Below the pieces are notes generated by a model, which saw only the letters and a list, made by a program, of their open reading frames with translations, had not been told where the DNA came from and made no database searches. DNA of 64,000 nt from the human T2T-CHM13v2.0 reference genome, Homo sapiens: assembly GCF_009914755.1 (NCBI RefSeq), contig NC_060930.1; one strand, written 5' to 3'. Below, piece by piece: positions 26,986-41,939 of the stretch. A program made the translations under genes and the position numbers. Each line of letters starts with the position of its first letter. Position 1 is the stretch's first letter.

Positions 26986-29900
26986 TCTTAACTTCCAATT
27001 CAAAACATTCAAATATCATATTTAATGTTTTTCTAATTATATTTGTATCTTTTGTATTTGTATCCATGTTTTTCTGAATGAGAATACATTTGTATACCTT
27101 TAGGAATCAAGGTTGTACAATGCCGCAGTTTCTTTCCTCTCTTCTTTTTATAAAGGGGACTACAGTTATCTGTTTTCACAGTGTTTCTGTTGGACACACC
27201 TCAGGAAGCTAGGCAGATGTTACTTACAGGAAACCTGGTTAAAATGGGCACAAGTTATATACTCTGCCTTTTCAAAACTCAGACTGACCACATATTTTGG
27301 CAAGTTTCAACTGGTTACTAGATTTCTGGCTGTTCAGATACTGTACATCTCCTAAGGGCAATGTTGAAAATGCTGAAAATCATTCAACAGTTAGAGCCCC
27401 ACATAAGATGATATTTCAGCACTGAGATATTTCTTAATTATATGTGTTTCCACTGTATGTGTAAATAGGGAATAAAAGTTGCTGAAATGCCATTAACAAT
27501 AGCTGTGGAAATTTTGCTGTTTTGAAACTATATGCACAGAAAGAGAGTGGAACATTTCATGGTCAATAGGCAATCAGGCTATTTCCTGACACACAGAGCT
27601 GACTTGAAGGTCATATAATTCATATTACTGTCAGACTTCTAAAATGTTGTCTTAAATAGGCAGTGGAATCACAGAGATACAATGGAGTTTTCCTAGCTGG
27701 AAGAAAAAATTCTTCATTTTAAGTATTGTGAAAATGTCACCAAATTTTAATTTGATTTCAACTGGACCTTTTGCAATATAATTAGAAAATATAGGACTAA
27801 TCTGTATTTCCTTATAGCTGGTCATTTATCCTGTATAGCTCTTTTGGTTTGTAACTCCACTAATCAATGTAAAATGAATTACATTGAAGTTTTAATGTGA
27901 CAAAAAATTGGTGATTTCAAGAGATCACATTAAAATTCTGCGTGAGTTAATACAAAATTTAAAATATCTCATTGGTTATTAAAATCACTTTGCTGAATTG
28001 TGTATAGATAAATGAATACATCTGTTAAATTTAGTTGAAATTGCAATACAAATGGAAATATTTTAAAGGTGCTTATTACCTTGTTTATATCTCTATTTTA
28101 GAGAGACATTTTGTCGTTAATTTAGCACGCTATGTGGAAGAAGACTAAACTTTGAAAGAAAATCACTACAAAATTCAAAGCACTATATCATGAGAATAAA
28201 AACTAAAAATTCTAAAGTTTTTTTAAATATCTCTTAACTCCTGTGGACATAAAAGTTGGACTCATGTATCTCAGTGTTTACCTTACAAAGATCAAAAGAA
28301 CAAAAACTCAGATGACAATCATATATTCTTCTCTAACTAAAAAAAAATACTTGCAGTGTAAGAAAAAGCGTAAAGAGACTACCCAAAACCTGCCAATTAT
28401 AATTCTCTCTTGTGTCTCTTCTTAGTAAGTTTTTGGTTAGTTTTTTGAAGCAAATCAGGTGATAATTAAATGTGCCTGGAGGACCCCTGAAAACATCCAG
28501 TTATTATCCTCACGGACAACTTTCCCCCCAGTTATATGATGAGAGCCAACCACTGGGCCATGGATTTATGTTGGCCACATAAAGGGGAAAAAATATTTTG
28601 TAAAGAGCAATGAATGAAAAGGGACAAAAGTTTTAAACAAGTTCCTTATCTCCTTTTAGTCCTCGGATACCTTATGTTGAATAGCCAGATCATTTTATTA
28701 TTGCAAATGCCATGGCTGTAATCTTTTATTGCCTGCAGTACAGGCCTACAGCATTAAGTTAGTATAAAATTACATATAGTTTAATATATCTGTACAACAC
28801 CTTTAAACAAGCTTCTCTAGGCAAGAAGGTTATCCGTCTTATAAATCTATTATTCCATTGTACATCTTGATAGCCTAGCATTGCTCCTAGCCATGTTTAA
28901 GCATTAAATAGTGCATTATTATTTCACATAAATCAACCAGAGATGTGTGAATTCATAAATTTTGCATTTGCACAGACAGTATTTTAAACGTTTTACTGCT
29001 TCGTGGGAACTCAGAGCACCAGCCTGTACACAAATCAGGACCTGAGAAATTTCAATAAAATTTAATATCACAATTACATCTTCTCAAAGTCAAAGCAGGC
29101 ATGTTTTGGAAGTATTTTAACTGAGTCCAAAAATGAAAGTAAATGTTAAGAGTGACTTTTTTGTTGGCATTTAGTCAGCTATTGTTATAACAAGCTAATA
29201 AGCACTTTACTTTTAAAATTCTTTATAGCCAAATGGTATAGAGAAAAGGTTTTATCCAAATTTGAGATGAAGGAAAAATATATGAAGATTTTAGTAATTA
29301 TCTGTAATTTATTAAAAGTAACAAAGATGGAAAGTAATATAGGATTGATAAGTTTATGTTACATTTAAAATGTAGCTTTACAGTTGAACCTGAAATAAGT
29401 CATTAAAAATTTCACACTTTAGGCTCTAAGTTACCTGAGGGTAAGAAGCAGCCTTTTTTGGGGGTTTCTAGGTGATTATCTTTGATTTGTAAGAAAACTG
29501 TATTCTCTTTCTTATTCCTAGGCATTTTGGGGAGTTGGTAACGTTTACTGTTTCTTCAAAGTTTTAATTATTTTTCTCAGAAATTATTTTTTTAAGGTTT
29601 CACTTAGTAAGAATTGGCTATGAAATTTAATGCATGGGAGTTGTGTGTTTAGGGAAGATTTCTGCTTTCGTATGTGTGGGGTGAAAATTACATTCCTGTT
29701 GCAGTGATTTCTAATGCATATAATTAACTGCACAAATGCCACACTAATTTTAAAATGGCATATTTATCACCTAGAAACAGGTGATGTAGAAAGATAAATT
29801 GCTGTAAACATAGAACTTGCTTCCAATTACGGTCAAATTCTGGGCAGACAGCTGAAAGGATAGGAGAGAAAATTTTAAAAATTCTGCCCAATTTTTTGAA

Positions 29901-30476
29901 TTTTTCTCAACTGAGACTCTGCCATTATTAATAGGTAACTTCTGGGTGACGAAGTGAAAAAGGATAGGTAAAAACAGTATTCTACCATGGACCTTTCCTT
30001 CTGGAGTGAGTGATTTTTTAATGATGAGGATTTGCTACATTGGGAAAGCAGTTTCTGTTTTCCTTTATAAACTGTAGATATTTTCTCTACCATTCTGAAC
30101 ACTGCCCTTTCTTTCCTGATGAACTAAAAAGCTCAAACCTAAGGTTAACAGTACCAGATTCTTATTTGGAGATTAGTGTCTTTAGAACGATAAGCAAAAG
30201 ACAGACACAGGGAGCCTTTAGACCCCTACAGCTGATCAGAGTAATGACACGCATTGCCAGACACGGCCGGCTTGTACTGTTAAAGAAAGCAGATCTAGTT
30301 ACCATCCATAAAAAAACTAACGGAAGCATCTCTCTTATTCTGATGAATGTTGAAAACCAAGTGGCTTAAATAAAAGAAACAGCAACATACACTTTTTTAA
30401 TGGTGATTTTTGACTATTTAGCATTCACTGCTTTGGGATCCATTTCCTTTTTGATAGTGTTGCTATCCCTGGCTTC

Positions 30477-30545
30477 CGTGTGTGTGTGTGTGTGTGCGCG
30501 CGCGCGTGTGTGTGCGTGTGTGGGTGTGTGTGTGTGAGAGAGAGA
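30477..30545. repeat. (TG)n(CG)5(TG)n(AG)n compound microsatellite
   Basis: Seen directly. Confidence 0.95.
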
Positions 30546-30969
30546 AAGTTTTATCTTGCTGTGTGTGAAAGTTTTATCTTATTGTGTGGACCTTGACTAT
30601 CAAGATATAAGGACAAAAATGATTTATTATAGAAATTACATTTTCTGAGCTGAGCCAGAAGGCACTCTTTACTTTAGCTCTTGTATAAGCAAGACTTAGT
30701 GTTATGTATATATTTTATGTGTATATATGTGTATATAATGTTTACTTAGCAATGTATATATTTATGCCACACAAGTGGCCCATGCTACCATTACGTAAAT
30801 CCCTCTGTTTTTCAAAGACTATATGGCTGAGGAAGGAGCATGTGGAAACAAACATGTTTAAAAATTCTCAGTGTATGTCAATGCCATTTAAATAAATATA
30901 TGTTTTTTTCTCATAACACTAACTTTACTGGTTAGAGCGGAAATTACAAGAAAAAATGGACAATGAATA

Positions 30970-32777
30970 CAGGCATATTTAATGTTATTGCACTTTGCAG
31001 ATATTGTGTTTTTACAGTTTGAAGGTTTGTGGCAAACCTGCATCAAGCAAATCTATTGGTGTCATTTTTCTGACAGCATGTGTAAATTTTGTGTCTCTAT
31101 TATATTTTGGTAATTATAGTAATATTTCAAAATTATTATTATTATTATATCTGTGATGGTGATCTGTAATCACTGATTTTGATGTTGTTATTATAATTGT
31201 TTTGGAGTGCCATGAACTGTGCCCATATAAGATGGTGAACTTAATCAATGCTATGTGTGTTCTGACTGTTTCACTGACTGAGTATTCCCCCATCTCTCTC
31301 CCTCTTCTTGTGACTTCTTACTCCCTGAGACACAATGATATTGAAATTAGGACAATTAATAACCCTACAATGGCCTCTAAGTGTTCAAATGAAAGGAAGG
31401 AAGAGTCTCACATCTCTCACCTTACATCAAAAGCTGCAAATGATTAAGCTTAGTGAGGAAGGTGTGTTGGAAGTTGAGAAAGGGCGAAAGCTAGGCCTCA
31501 TATAGCAGTTAATCAAGTTGTGAATGCAAAGGAAAAGTTCTTGAAGGAAATTATAAAAGTGCTACTTCAGCGAACACATGAATGATAAGAAAGTTAAACA
31601 AGCTTATTGCTGATATGGGGAAAGCCTGAGAGGTGTAGATAGATCAAACCAGCTACAACATTCCCTTAAGGCAAGCCTAATCCAGAGGCCCGAACTCTCT
31701 TCAATTCTGTGGAGGTTAAGAGACGTTAGGAAGTTTCAGAAGAAAGATATGAAGCTAGCAGAGGTTGGTTCACAAGGTTTAAGAAAAGAAGACGTCTCCA
31801 TAACATAAAAGTAAAAGGTGAAGCAGTAAGTGTTGATGTAGAAGCTACAAGTTATCCAGAAGATCAGCTAAGATCACTGGGGAAGGTGACTGCATTAAAC
31901 AGCAGATTTTCAATGTAGACAAAACAGCCTTATATTGGAAAGAGATGCCATCTAGGACTTTCATAGCTAAAGAGGAGAAGTCAATGCTTGGCTTCAAAGC
32001 TGCAAAGGACAGGCTGACTTTCTTATTATGGGCGAATGCAGCTGATCACTTTAAGTTGAAGCCAATGCTCACTGACCATTTTGAAAATCTTAGGGACCTT
32101 AACAATGATGCTAAATCTACTCTGCTTGTGCTCTGTAGATGAAACAACACAGCTTGGATGACAGCACATCTGTTTATAGCATGGTTTACTGAATATTTTA
32201 AGCCCACTCTCAAGACCCACTGCTCAAAAAAATGCCTTTTAAAATATTAATAGCAGTAGCTCTTTGACAGTGCACCTGGTCACCTAAGAGTTCAGATGGA
32301 GATGTACAAGGGGATTCATGTTGTTTTCGTGCCTGCTAACACAGCATCCATTCTGTGGGTGAAATGCTATCAAAGAGCATCTCATGCTACAGAGACATTT
32401 TTTTGTGAAAGGAAGAGTCAGTGTGGCAAATTTCATTGTTGTCTTATTTTAAGAAATTGCCACAGTAACTCCAATCTTTAGCAAGCGCCACCGTGATCAG
32501 TCAGCCACGAATGTCAAGGCAAGACCCTCCACCAGCAAAATGATTATGACTTGCTGAATGCTCAGATGATTGTTGGCATTTCTTAGCAATATTTTAAAAT
32601 TAAGGTCTACATACTATTTTGTTAAACATAGCTATTACACACTTAATAGACTATAGTGTAAACATAACTTTTATATTCACTGGGAAACCAAAGGTCCCAT
32701 GTGACTTATTTAATTGCAATATTCCCTTATTGCAGTGGTTTAGACTACAAACCTGTAATAACTCTGAGATATGCCTA
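30970..32777 (+). mobile_element. Tigger1 DNA transposon, both ends present, internally deleted, transposase decayed
   Basis: TA-CAGGCATA start and ATATGCCTA end; ORF 31945-32142 ([19 protein letters not shown]) is a Tigger1 transposase remnant. Confidence 0.95.
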
Positions 32778-33459
32778 CATGTTGAATTCTAAGACAAAAT
32801 GAATTTGTTTCATCTTTTTAAGTAAAAAATTTGGCTGCAAACTAAATGTTTCTATTTCAAATGAAAATAATGGATTATTTTGTTTTCTACCCTCATGGAT
32901 TCAATTTCTATTGGGTAAACCACAATGACATTTTAAAATAAACTTTAGCATATCATAGAGAGCACTGTCTTTGTGTTTTATTGTTTTCTCTTCTGTTTGC
33001 ATGTTTACTAATTCACCTCCAAATATTTTGGCTAAGGAGAAATCAAGACAGCAGGCCAAAACTAAACCAATAATTGGTTAGTCTTAATTTTCCAAGTTTT
33101 GCCTCTCTTTATTTTGTTAGACATGTTCATTAAAAATATATTGTAAGCTGTTAGAATGAAAAATTCCATGTCCTGGACATCATTCATATCCTCAAATGAG
33201 CTATATATTTATAGACCTTACAGTTTTATTAGAATGTGTGCAACTAGGTAATAGGAATGTGATATTGCTTTTTATTAAAAACCAAATACCATATTTTATA
33301 ATTAAAACTGGCTACAATAGGAAGGGATGCAGTCTGATTTTCTGTTTTTGTGATGAGTTGTCACGGAGCTGCTTATATATGCTGAGAAGCAATATGGCAT
33401 AGTAGAGAGAACACAAACTCTAGTGTTACAATTCCTTGGTTGGTGAACTAACTCTGTCA

Positions 33460-33860
33460 TCTGACTTTCTCATCCAGAGATGGCTTACTGTCCATCAGTC
33501 TTTCATGCCACTTTTCATATCATAGAGTGGTGACTGGCAAGTATGTTCCCTGCCAGAGCCCATGCCCCCATGTCCCTCTACCTCTTGCATAGAACTGCAA
33601 CCACAAGACTATGGAATGTGAACAGAACTGATGGATGTCTTTTCTGGGCCAAACCAGTTAAGACGCAGGTATGTATGCTCCCATTTTCTTCGTGTTTTCC
33701 TGAAGGCAGAGGATTTTGAGGCCTTAGAGGAGGGCAGAACCACAAGACACAAAAAGTCATGAATATCTGTGTTGAAAGGGGTCACTGACCATTGACCACA
33801 GTTATGAGTTCTGAAATGATAGCATGTTACAGCAGCTAACACTACTGTGCAAACTAATAT
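33460..33860 (+). mobile_element. MLT1I/J-like LTR inserted within a MIR (MIR pieces about 33395-33460 and 33865-34030)
   Basis: GGAATGTGAACAGAACTGATG..TGTTACAGCAGCTAAC..ACTAATA; MIR CCTACCTCACAGAGTTG downstream. Confidence 0.6.
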
Positions 33861-34234
33861 GTACAATGTAAATCTTGGCATTGTTTTTTTTTTCATCTCT
33901 TAAATGTAACAAGAATCTGCAATATAAATAAATGCAAAATGAGGAGGCCTACCTCACAGAGTTGCTAGGAGCCTCAAATGAAAAAGTGTTATCACAAGTG
34001 TTTCATAGTGCTAACCAGATGTACAGAATTTGCCATAATTTCTTATTCTCTCACTTGGTTTCCTAGGAACAAATCATATTGCACCTATGAGCTGGTATGG
34101 AAGTGTATTGACACTATATTCTGCAACATTGTAAGAAATTGCTTACAGCTTTTTTTGCTCAACATACTTTGAATCCTCTCCTCTCCTTACTGTGTTGTGA
34201 GGAGTAATCAATGTAGTATGGCTTTTTCTGTTTC

Positions 34235-34460
34235 ACCACTTTTATGGGCAAATATTTCATGTCAGACATTGTACTGTGTTATGTCATTTTGTCATCACAA
34301 CAGCAAGAGGTGGGTGCGTTATTCCTTTTTACACATGAGATGTTAAATATCTGAAAGATTAAGTGAACTGCCCAGAGTCATGTGGCTAGGAAATGGTACC
34401 ACTGAGATTCAACTTGGTTCAGTTTGACTCCAATGACATGACTTACAATCACTGTATTCT
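34235..34460 (-). mobile_element. MIR SINE
   Basis: TTTTACACATGAG..ATTAAGTGAACTGCCCAGAGTCA..GAGATTCAAC..TTTGACTCCA. Confidence 0.75.
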
Positions 34461-34524
34461 CATCTACTAAGTAATTCATGTAGTTTGCCCCTTGAATCCA
34501 AAGGAATGGAAACTTCAAAAACCT

Positions 34525-35197
34525 TCTCTTAACCCAGGTTCTTCAGAAAACAGAGTCTGAGGCTATGATTACACTACTGGCACCTGATTTGGAAGATGAA
34601 AACTCAGGCAAAATGATGAGAATGAGAAAAAAGCGGAAGGGAGAGAAATGAAGCAAGGAGCAATGGGAAGCAATGTGAATGGGTTGTGACCACACTTGGC
34701 TCTTGCTTCAGAACATGCTACAGAGAGACACAGTAGGCTGCTTGGCAAATGTGTTGGCCTAGCCCAAGGTTTATCTCCAGACTGGTTGCAAGGAGAATTC
34801 ATATCACTAAGTAGCTGCAGGAGTGAGGAAAGGGTGGGAATACAGCTGCCTGCATCTCCCCTTCTTCCCTCATTTCCTGTTGTTCAAAGTTCTTCTCACA
34901 GAGAGGAGTTAACTTCTTGGTCTTTTTGAGTTGCGTAATCTGGCCTGTTGGGTGGTCACTCAAGATGCCAGATCTCACATCTTGTGTGGATGTGGTGATT
35001 CAGCCAAGTCCGGGAATGACTTATAGGCATGGATCTACAGTGACAGCTAATGGATAGAGCCTGGCACACCCAAAACTGCTATCCGGAAGGCCCAGGCATG
35101 ATTTGAATTGCAGGGTCTGAGTGGAGGAAGCTGCTAAGAGTCTGGAAATTGGGAACTGTGAAGGAAATATGAGGAGACACCTAAGATGGGTCTGACA
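34525..35197 (-). mobile_element. Old ERVL-type solo LTR (LTR50-like)
   Basis: CAGGTTCTTCAGAAAACAGAGTCTGAGGC start and GC-richer body; subfamily uncertain. Confidence 0.45.
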
Positions 35198-35210
35198 GAA
35201 CCTTTAAATG

Positions 35211-35670
35211 ATTCATTCAGTTAATATTTATTGAATGCCAAGGGTATGCCCGGCACTGTTATAGGTGATGGAGAAACATCAGTGAAAGAAAACAAAGTTA
35301 AAAAGTCTTTGCTTTCATGAAGCATATATTCTAGTAGGGAAGAAAGAAAAAATGTAAGATGTATAAGTACAATATATGGCATGTTGGAGTCAGATCAAGC
35401 TGGAACATGGATATGAAATGTTTAGAATAGAGAGTAGTCAAGAGATTCTTTATTGCAAAGATCACTTTTGAGTAAGACCTAACAGAATGGAAGCACAACC
35501 ATGACAATATTTGGACATGAGCAAGTGCAAAGGTTCTGATTATGGAGTGTGTGGGCACATTCCTGCAACAGCAAGGAGGCGAGTGAGGGAGGAGAGGAGC
35601 TTGTTATGAGGAGAATCATATGAGCAAATGTCTGGATGATGTTGACTCATGTAGGTAATTATAGGGACTT
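35211..35670 (-). mobile_element. L2a 3' fragment
   Basis: ATTCATTCAG..ATTTATTGAATGCC..GGCACTGTTATAGG..CAGCAAGGAGGC. Confidence 0.8.
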
Positions 35671-35689
35671 CATATTTTTTATTAGTTAT

Positions 35690-36130
35690 GCATTTTGACT
35701 GACTCATTTATGCATCACAACAATGGAAAGATGGACAGCATTATTCCCGTTGTATGGATGAGCAAACTGAGCCTCATGCCGGTCAAGTGAAGGATCCAAA
35801 GTCCTATCTAGCAAAAGATCACAAAGTGATTACTAGAAACTTCATTATTGGGAGGAAACACACCTGTCAAAGGAAATCCACTCAGTTCCAACTAGCTTTC
35901 AGAATCGAAATGCCTAAGTATGATCAGTAACCAGGAATGATGACAACTTCCATGAAAAGCTGTTTATATTTATTCCTTGCAACAGTCCTCTGAGATGGGT
36001 ACTGTCACTATTTTCATTTAACGGATGAGGAAATTGAGATATTTTAGTAACTTACCCAAAGTAAAAACATTGGAACGTGACAAATTAGGAATGGAACATA
36101 TGCATTCTGCTTTTAGAAACTGTGCTATGT
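35690..36130 (-). mobile_element. Two MIR fragments
   Basis: GGATGAGCAAACTGAG..GGTCAAGTGA; CGGATGAGGAAATTGAG..AGTAACTTACCCAAAG. Confidence 0.65.
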
Positions 36131-36239
36131 CTACAAGGACACCATTGCCTTTACAAATTCTTTAGTTAATGTTATTGTATGTCATATTTTTTCCCAGAGT
36201 CCTTCCTAGTCTTTCTTCCTTTTCAGTTTTAAAAAATAA

Positions 36240-36570
<331 letters not shown>

Positions 36571-37155
36571 TCATACTTTATTTTTTAATCATATCTCTAA
36601 GGCTGTGACAAAATGTCTTCATCTTATTTTTTTTCTAATTTTTTCCCAACATTGTTACTTGCTTTCCTTACTTCTTACTGAATTAACATCTTTTGCAAAA
36701 TTTTCAACAACTCACAGTGAATAGGAAACTTTCTCAGTTTGTCTTCATGTGAATTTTTATTTATTTTTGCCTTTGTTTTGAGTGATAATTTAGGTATAAA
36801 CTTTTATGTTAACAGCGCTTCAGTGGTTTTCTGGCAACTATTTTTATTGATAAGAATATTGCTCATTATTTAACTTTTTCTTCAATACATCCTGTTTTTC
36901 TGCCTTCTTTATAGATTTTTTCTTTGTTTTTGAAATTCTACAGTTCCACTGCAATATATTATGAAGAAGAAAAATTAACCTACTCACTTTGTGTTTCTTT
37001 TTGCCATATAAAAGTTTATTTCTTCTTTTGGTTCTGGAAAATTCAGTCATTTTGCTTTGTTGCTTTTCTTTTGTTCTTCCTATTCTTGTTCTCTGGAATT
37101 TTTGCTAGATGTATATTGGATATTATTTTTCTATTTTCTAGGTCTCTCCCCCGCC

Positions 37156-37462
37156 TTTTTTTTTTTTTTTTTTGAGACAGGGTTTCTGACTCTGTCACCC
37201 AGCCTGGAGTGCAGTGGTGAGATCATAACTCACTTCAGCCCCAACCTCCCAGGCTAAAGCAGTCCTCCTACTACAGCCTCCAGAGTAGCTGGGATTGCAA
37301 GTGCTTGCCACCATGCCCAGCTAATTGTTTTCATTTTTGTTTTTGTAAAGATGGGGTCTTGCTATGTTGCCAGGGCTGGTCTTGAATTCCCGGACTCAAG
37401 CAATTCTTCCCCCTTGGCCTCCCAAAGTGCTAGGATTACAGGCATGAGCCACCATGCCCAGC
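37156..37462 (-). mobile_element. AluJ
   Basis: T18 tail; GAGACAGGG, GGGGTCTTGCTATGTTGCC and GACTCAAGCAAT J-type positions. Confidence 0.92.
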
Positions 37463-37569
37463 TTGTTTTCTAAGTCTCTTTACTTTCTTCTTATATTTTA
37501 CTCTTCTGATCTTTCAGCTTATTAATTCTCTCTTCATCTCTATCTAACCTACTATTTAGCCAATATATT

Positions 37570-38290
<721 letters not shown>

Positions 38291-38349
38291 TATGTATATA
38301 CTATCATTTAATGATAAATACCTGATTTTATTTTTCTCCAAACAGTTTC

Positions 38350-41300
38350 TGCCTAAGAACACATAACAAACTGGGAGTATATATTAAGCTATGGTGGCCC
38401 CACACTTTTAGCATTATAGGATACACAAACATCAACACTTTGGAATTACTTATAAGTCGAATAATAAACCAAATTCTAGAGTGTGTCTGACACTGAGAGT
38501 ATGGGCAGAAAGGCAGAGAAGTCTTAAAAAATTTCATGAAAAAGAATAGATGAGTGGAGACACTTAGATCAAGCACAGAAATTAATTCTGTAAGAAAAAG
38601 TCCAAGAATAAGTTCCATAGTTCTGAACGCAGAGCTGGGACTTGGTAGTTTATTGCTCTGTCTACAGGGAAGGGCCTTGAAAGAGAGTCAGACCAACAAT
38701 AACATCCTTGGAGAAGCATTGCTCTTTGGAAAAATCAAATATATAGGAAAGGTGGTGGCTTTTGGAGATGTCACAGTTAAGGCAAAGAAGGAAATAAGAG
38801 TGAAGAAATTAAGGATCCTGCAGAAAAGAAACTGGAAAAAAATGGCAATACTCTCTCCTCTCTATCATTACCCATTAAAGCATTTGTATTTTATTAAACT
38901 AACAGAAGAGGGCACTCTTGAACTAGTAACCCCATTGACAAGGACTAGAAAAAAGCAGATCACATTCACATGAAACTGCTGTAAAAAGAAAATAGAAAAT
39001 CTGAGTAATTTCAGTTGTTGAATATTCTCCCCTCCCAAAAAAATCACAAAGCAGAAGAGAAGTATAATACAACTTCTTAAATTGAATATTCTCCAAAAAG
39101 CATTTGGGGATACAGAAAAAATATACCTTAAATTAGAAGTTTGAAAACTAAGAAAATAAATTTCCAAAAAAGAGGATGAAATTCAGAGTTGATTGACTTC
39201 AGGAATTGGAATAAAAAGGAAAAAAAATACCAGATATGAAGATTACATTACAAAATACGTGAGAGAGTAGACTTAAATAAATACTGACAATTAAAACTAT
39301 TGCTATCATCCTACAAGGAGAGAAAAATCAGACAACCTACAAAAATTTCCAGGGCCAGGGACTATTTTGTGAAGGCAGCTAGGACTGGAAGTGGCAACAG
39401 AGTAAGGCCAAATATACATAGCAGCTGATCTGGCTGGGCATAGAAGTAAAACACATTCTACTCCATGGTTGGAGTAAGTGGGAGATAGTAAACCCTTCTT
39501 TTCCCAGAATCTTATGGCTATATCCACATCTATATTATTAGAGGCCTGCTGCTGCTGATTTAGGGGAAATTTCTGCCTAAGGCTAACCAGAGATACAAGT
39601 CAGAGTTTTTCTACCATGGATAGCAGAAGAAAGCCACATGTCTGAGGTTATCATATCCAGAAAACTCTCCACTTGCAAACAAGAGCATACAAGAGCATAG
39701 AATAACAAACCGCAGTGGTCCACCACTAGGGGAAACACAAGAGGGTGGAGAAATAACCATTTAATGACAATGTGTGGAGGGATGATGAAAGCGTAGGTAG
39801 AAGATAAATGCAAAGAAAGCCTTTTACAACCCAACATTGATTCTAAGCTCAAGGCAATGGCAGTCCACCACTAGAAGAATTTGAAGCCTATGGTGCAAAA
39901 CCAATAATCATAGCAGCCTCACAACCCAAATACAGCTCAACTGTTGACTAGTTTGACTCAAATCCTTACACTAATGTTCCAATTATTACACATAATGTCT
40001 CTGTTACACACAATGTTTAATGAAAGTTATAAGATTCACAGAAGCCAAGGCAGAGAACAATCACTTGTCAACAGACAAACCAGTCAACAGAACCAGACTC
40101 AGAGATGATCAAAATGTTGGCAGTATCAGAGATTTTAAAATAACTGTGATTAATGTCAAAGGATTTAAAATGAAAAAGATGGAGTGTGAAATTTCAACAA
40201 AGAGTTAGAAACTATAATACAGAGTAAAAGAGAAATGCTAGAATTATAAACACAAACACAAACATGTATGCACACACAAACTACTACAGATGAAAGATGA
40301 AGTATGCCTTTGAACAGCTCAGCCAGTAACTTGATATAGCTGAAGAAAATATTAGTGAGGAAAAAATCAGGAAAGCATTAGTCTTTAAAATAATCTAAAC
40401 TAACATGTACAGAAAAGTGAGTGGGAAATGAAAACAGGGTAAATTCAAGAGCTGTGGGACAATATCAAATAATCTAACATATCTTTAATGGATCCCATAA
40501 AGAAAAGAGTGAGAGAAGAACAGAAAATGGATTGAAGAAATGTTGAAAATATAATAGATAAGAACAGACACTCTCAACCTATACTTTGTACTATATATAA
40601 AAAAATGAACTTGAAATGAAAAATAGAACTAAATATAAAACCAGAACTTTAAAACTGCATAAGACACTAAACTAGAAAACATAGGAGAAATATTTGTGAC
40701 TTTGTGTTAGGGAAATATTTCATAGACATAAAATAAAAAGCCCAAATCATAAAAGGAAAAAATGATAAATAGGACTTCTTCAAATTGAAAACTTTCTTTC
40801 TTTGAAGGACAATGTTAAGCAAATGAAAAAGCAAATGTCATAGACTTGGAGAAAATATTTATAAGACATATAACTGAGAAGCAGTCTTTAATAGAATATA
40901 TACATAATTTTTAAGGCTCAATAATTAGAAAATAACCTAATTCAAAAATGAGCAAAATATTTGAAAAGATAGTTCATTACTCTACAGATAGTGATTGCAA
41001 GAAATCACATGAAAGGATGCTCAACACCATTTTTTATTAGAGAAATGCAAATTGCAGCTACCATAAGATACCAAAACATACCTGGTAGAATAGTTAAAGT
41101 TAAAACAAAATACTGTAGCAGACAATACCAGGTGCCGGGTTGGATGGAGACCAGCTATAACCCTCACATATTGCTGATGGTAATGTGAAATGGTACAGTC
41201 ACTTTGGAAAATTGTTTAGCAACATATATAAACTTAAATATATACTTGCCATATAACCAAAGAGTTCTGGTCCTACACAGTTACATGAGAGAGAAGAAAA

Positions 41301-41440
41301 CATACACACACACAAACACACACACACATGCAATGCCCCCAAAACTCTACCTAAATGTTTATAGTAGCTTTGTTCCTAAGTTATCCCAACTGGAAAAAAA
41401 AAACAAATGTCCAGTATTTGGTAAATGTGTAAACAAACTA
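38350..41440 (+). mobile_element. Old L1M fragments (5'/ORF1 pieces and ORF2 3' end)
   Basis: AGAACCAGACTCAGAGATG; GAGCTGTGGGACAATATCAA; AGAGAAATGCAAATT; GGTACAGTCACTTTGGAAAA; left part is less certain. Confidence 0.7.
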
Positions 41441-41939
41441 GAATCTGTTCTCTTCTTCCTCTTTCACCAGTGCACCAACTAAATAGCAAAAGCAATAGCA
41501 GGAATTGTTTTTGACCTATTCTACACATCTCCATTTTAACAATAAAATAATAGAAAAAAAAGAAAAATAAATTTTGCAACTATGATTCTTAATTTTCACT
41601 TCAGATGTAGTCATATGTATATTTGTAGGATTCGTCAGGAACCTGGAATTCTCTCATGATAAAATACATGGAAGCTTAATTACATTAATAAAAACACAAC
41701 ACTATTGAAATTTTGCTTTCTATCAGTTAAAACAGTAGATTACAGGAAATTAACCATTTTATGCCCTTTCCTGAGTATTGAGTTTCTCAGCATTTTAAAA
41801 TTTATTAAAAATAAATCATGTTGAAAGTGCCAATGTTGCCACCCTTTGGAATGACATTATTTACATACAAAAGAGACTACTGCTAGGATTGTTCCCTTCA
41901 CCTGCTTTTCAGTATGCACGCTTTTGGATAGAGGAAGAA

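Noticed and set aside
29500-29545. 16-nt micro-exon (TTCTTATTCCTAG|...TTG|GTAACG)
   Set aside because: Good acceptor but weak donor and a frame-shifting length; indistinguishable from background
30021-30098. C/D-box snoRNA-like spacing (ATGATGA ... CTGA)
   Set aside because: No terminal stem and no recognisable rRNA/snRNA antisense guide
31945-32481. Transposase-like ORFs as a domesticated TIGD-type gene
   Set aside because: Short, interrupted frames in an internally deleted Tigger1
39716-41850. CTCF-like words (CCACTAGGGGAAAC at about 39724; TGCCACCCTTTGG at about 41837)
   Set aside because: Mismatches at core positions; not supportable without a PWM scan or ChIP data
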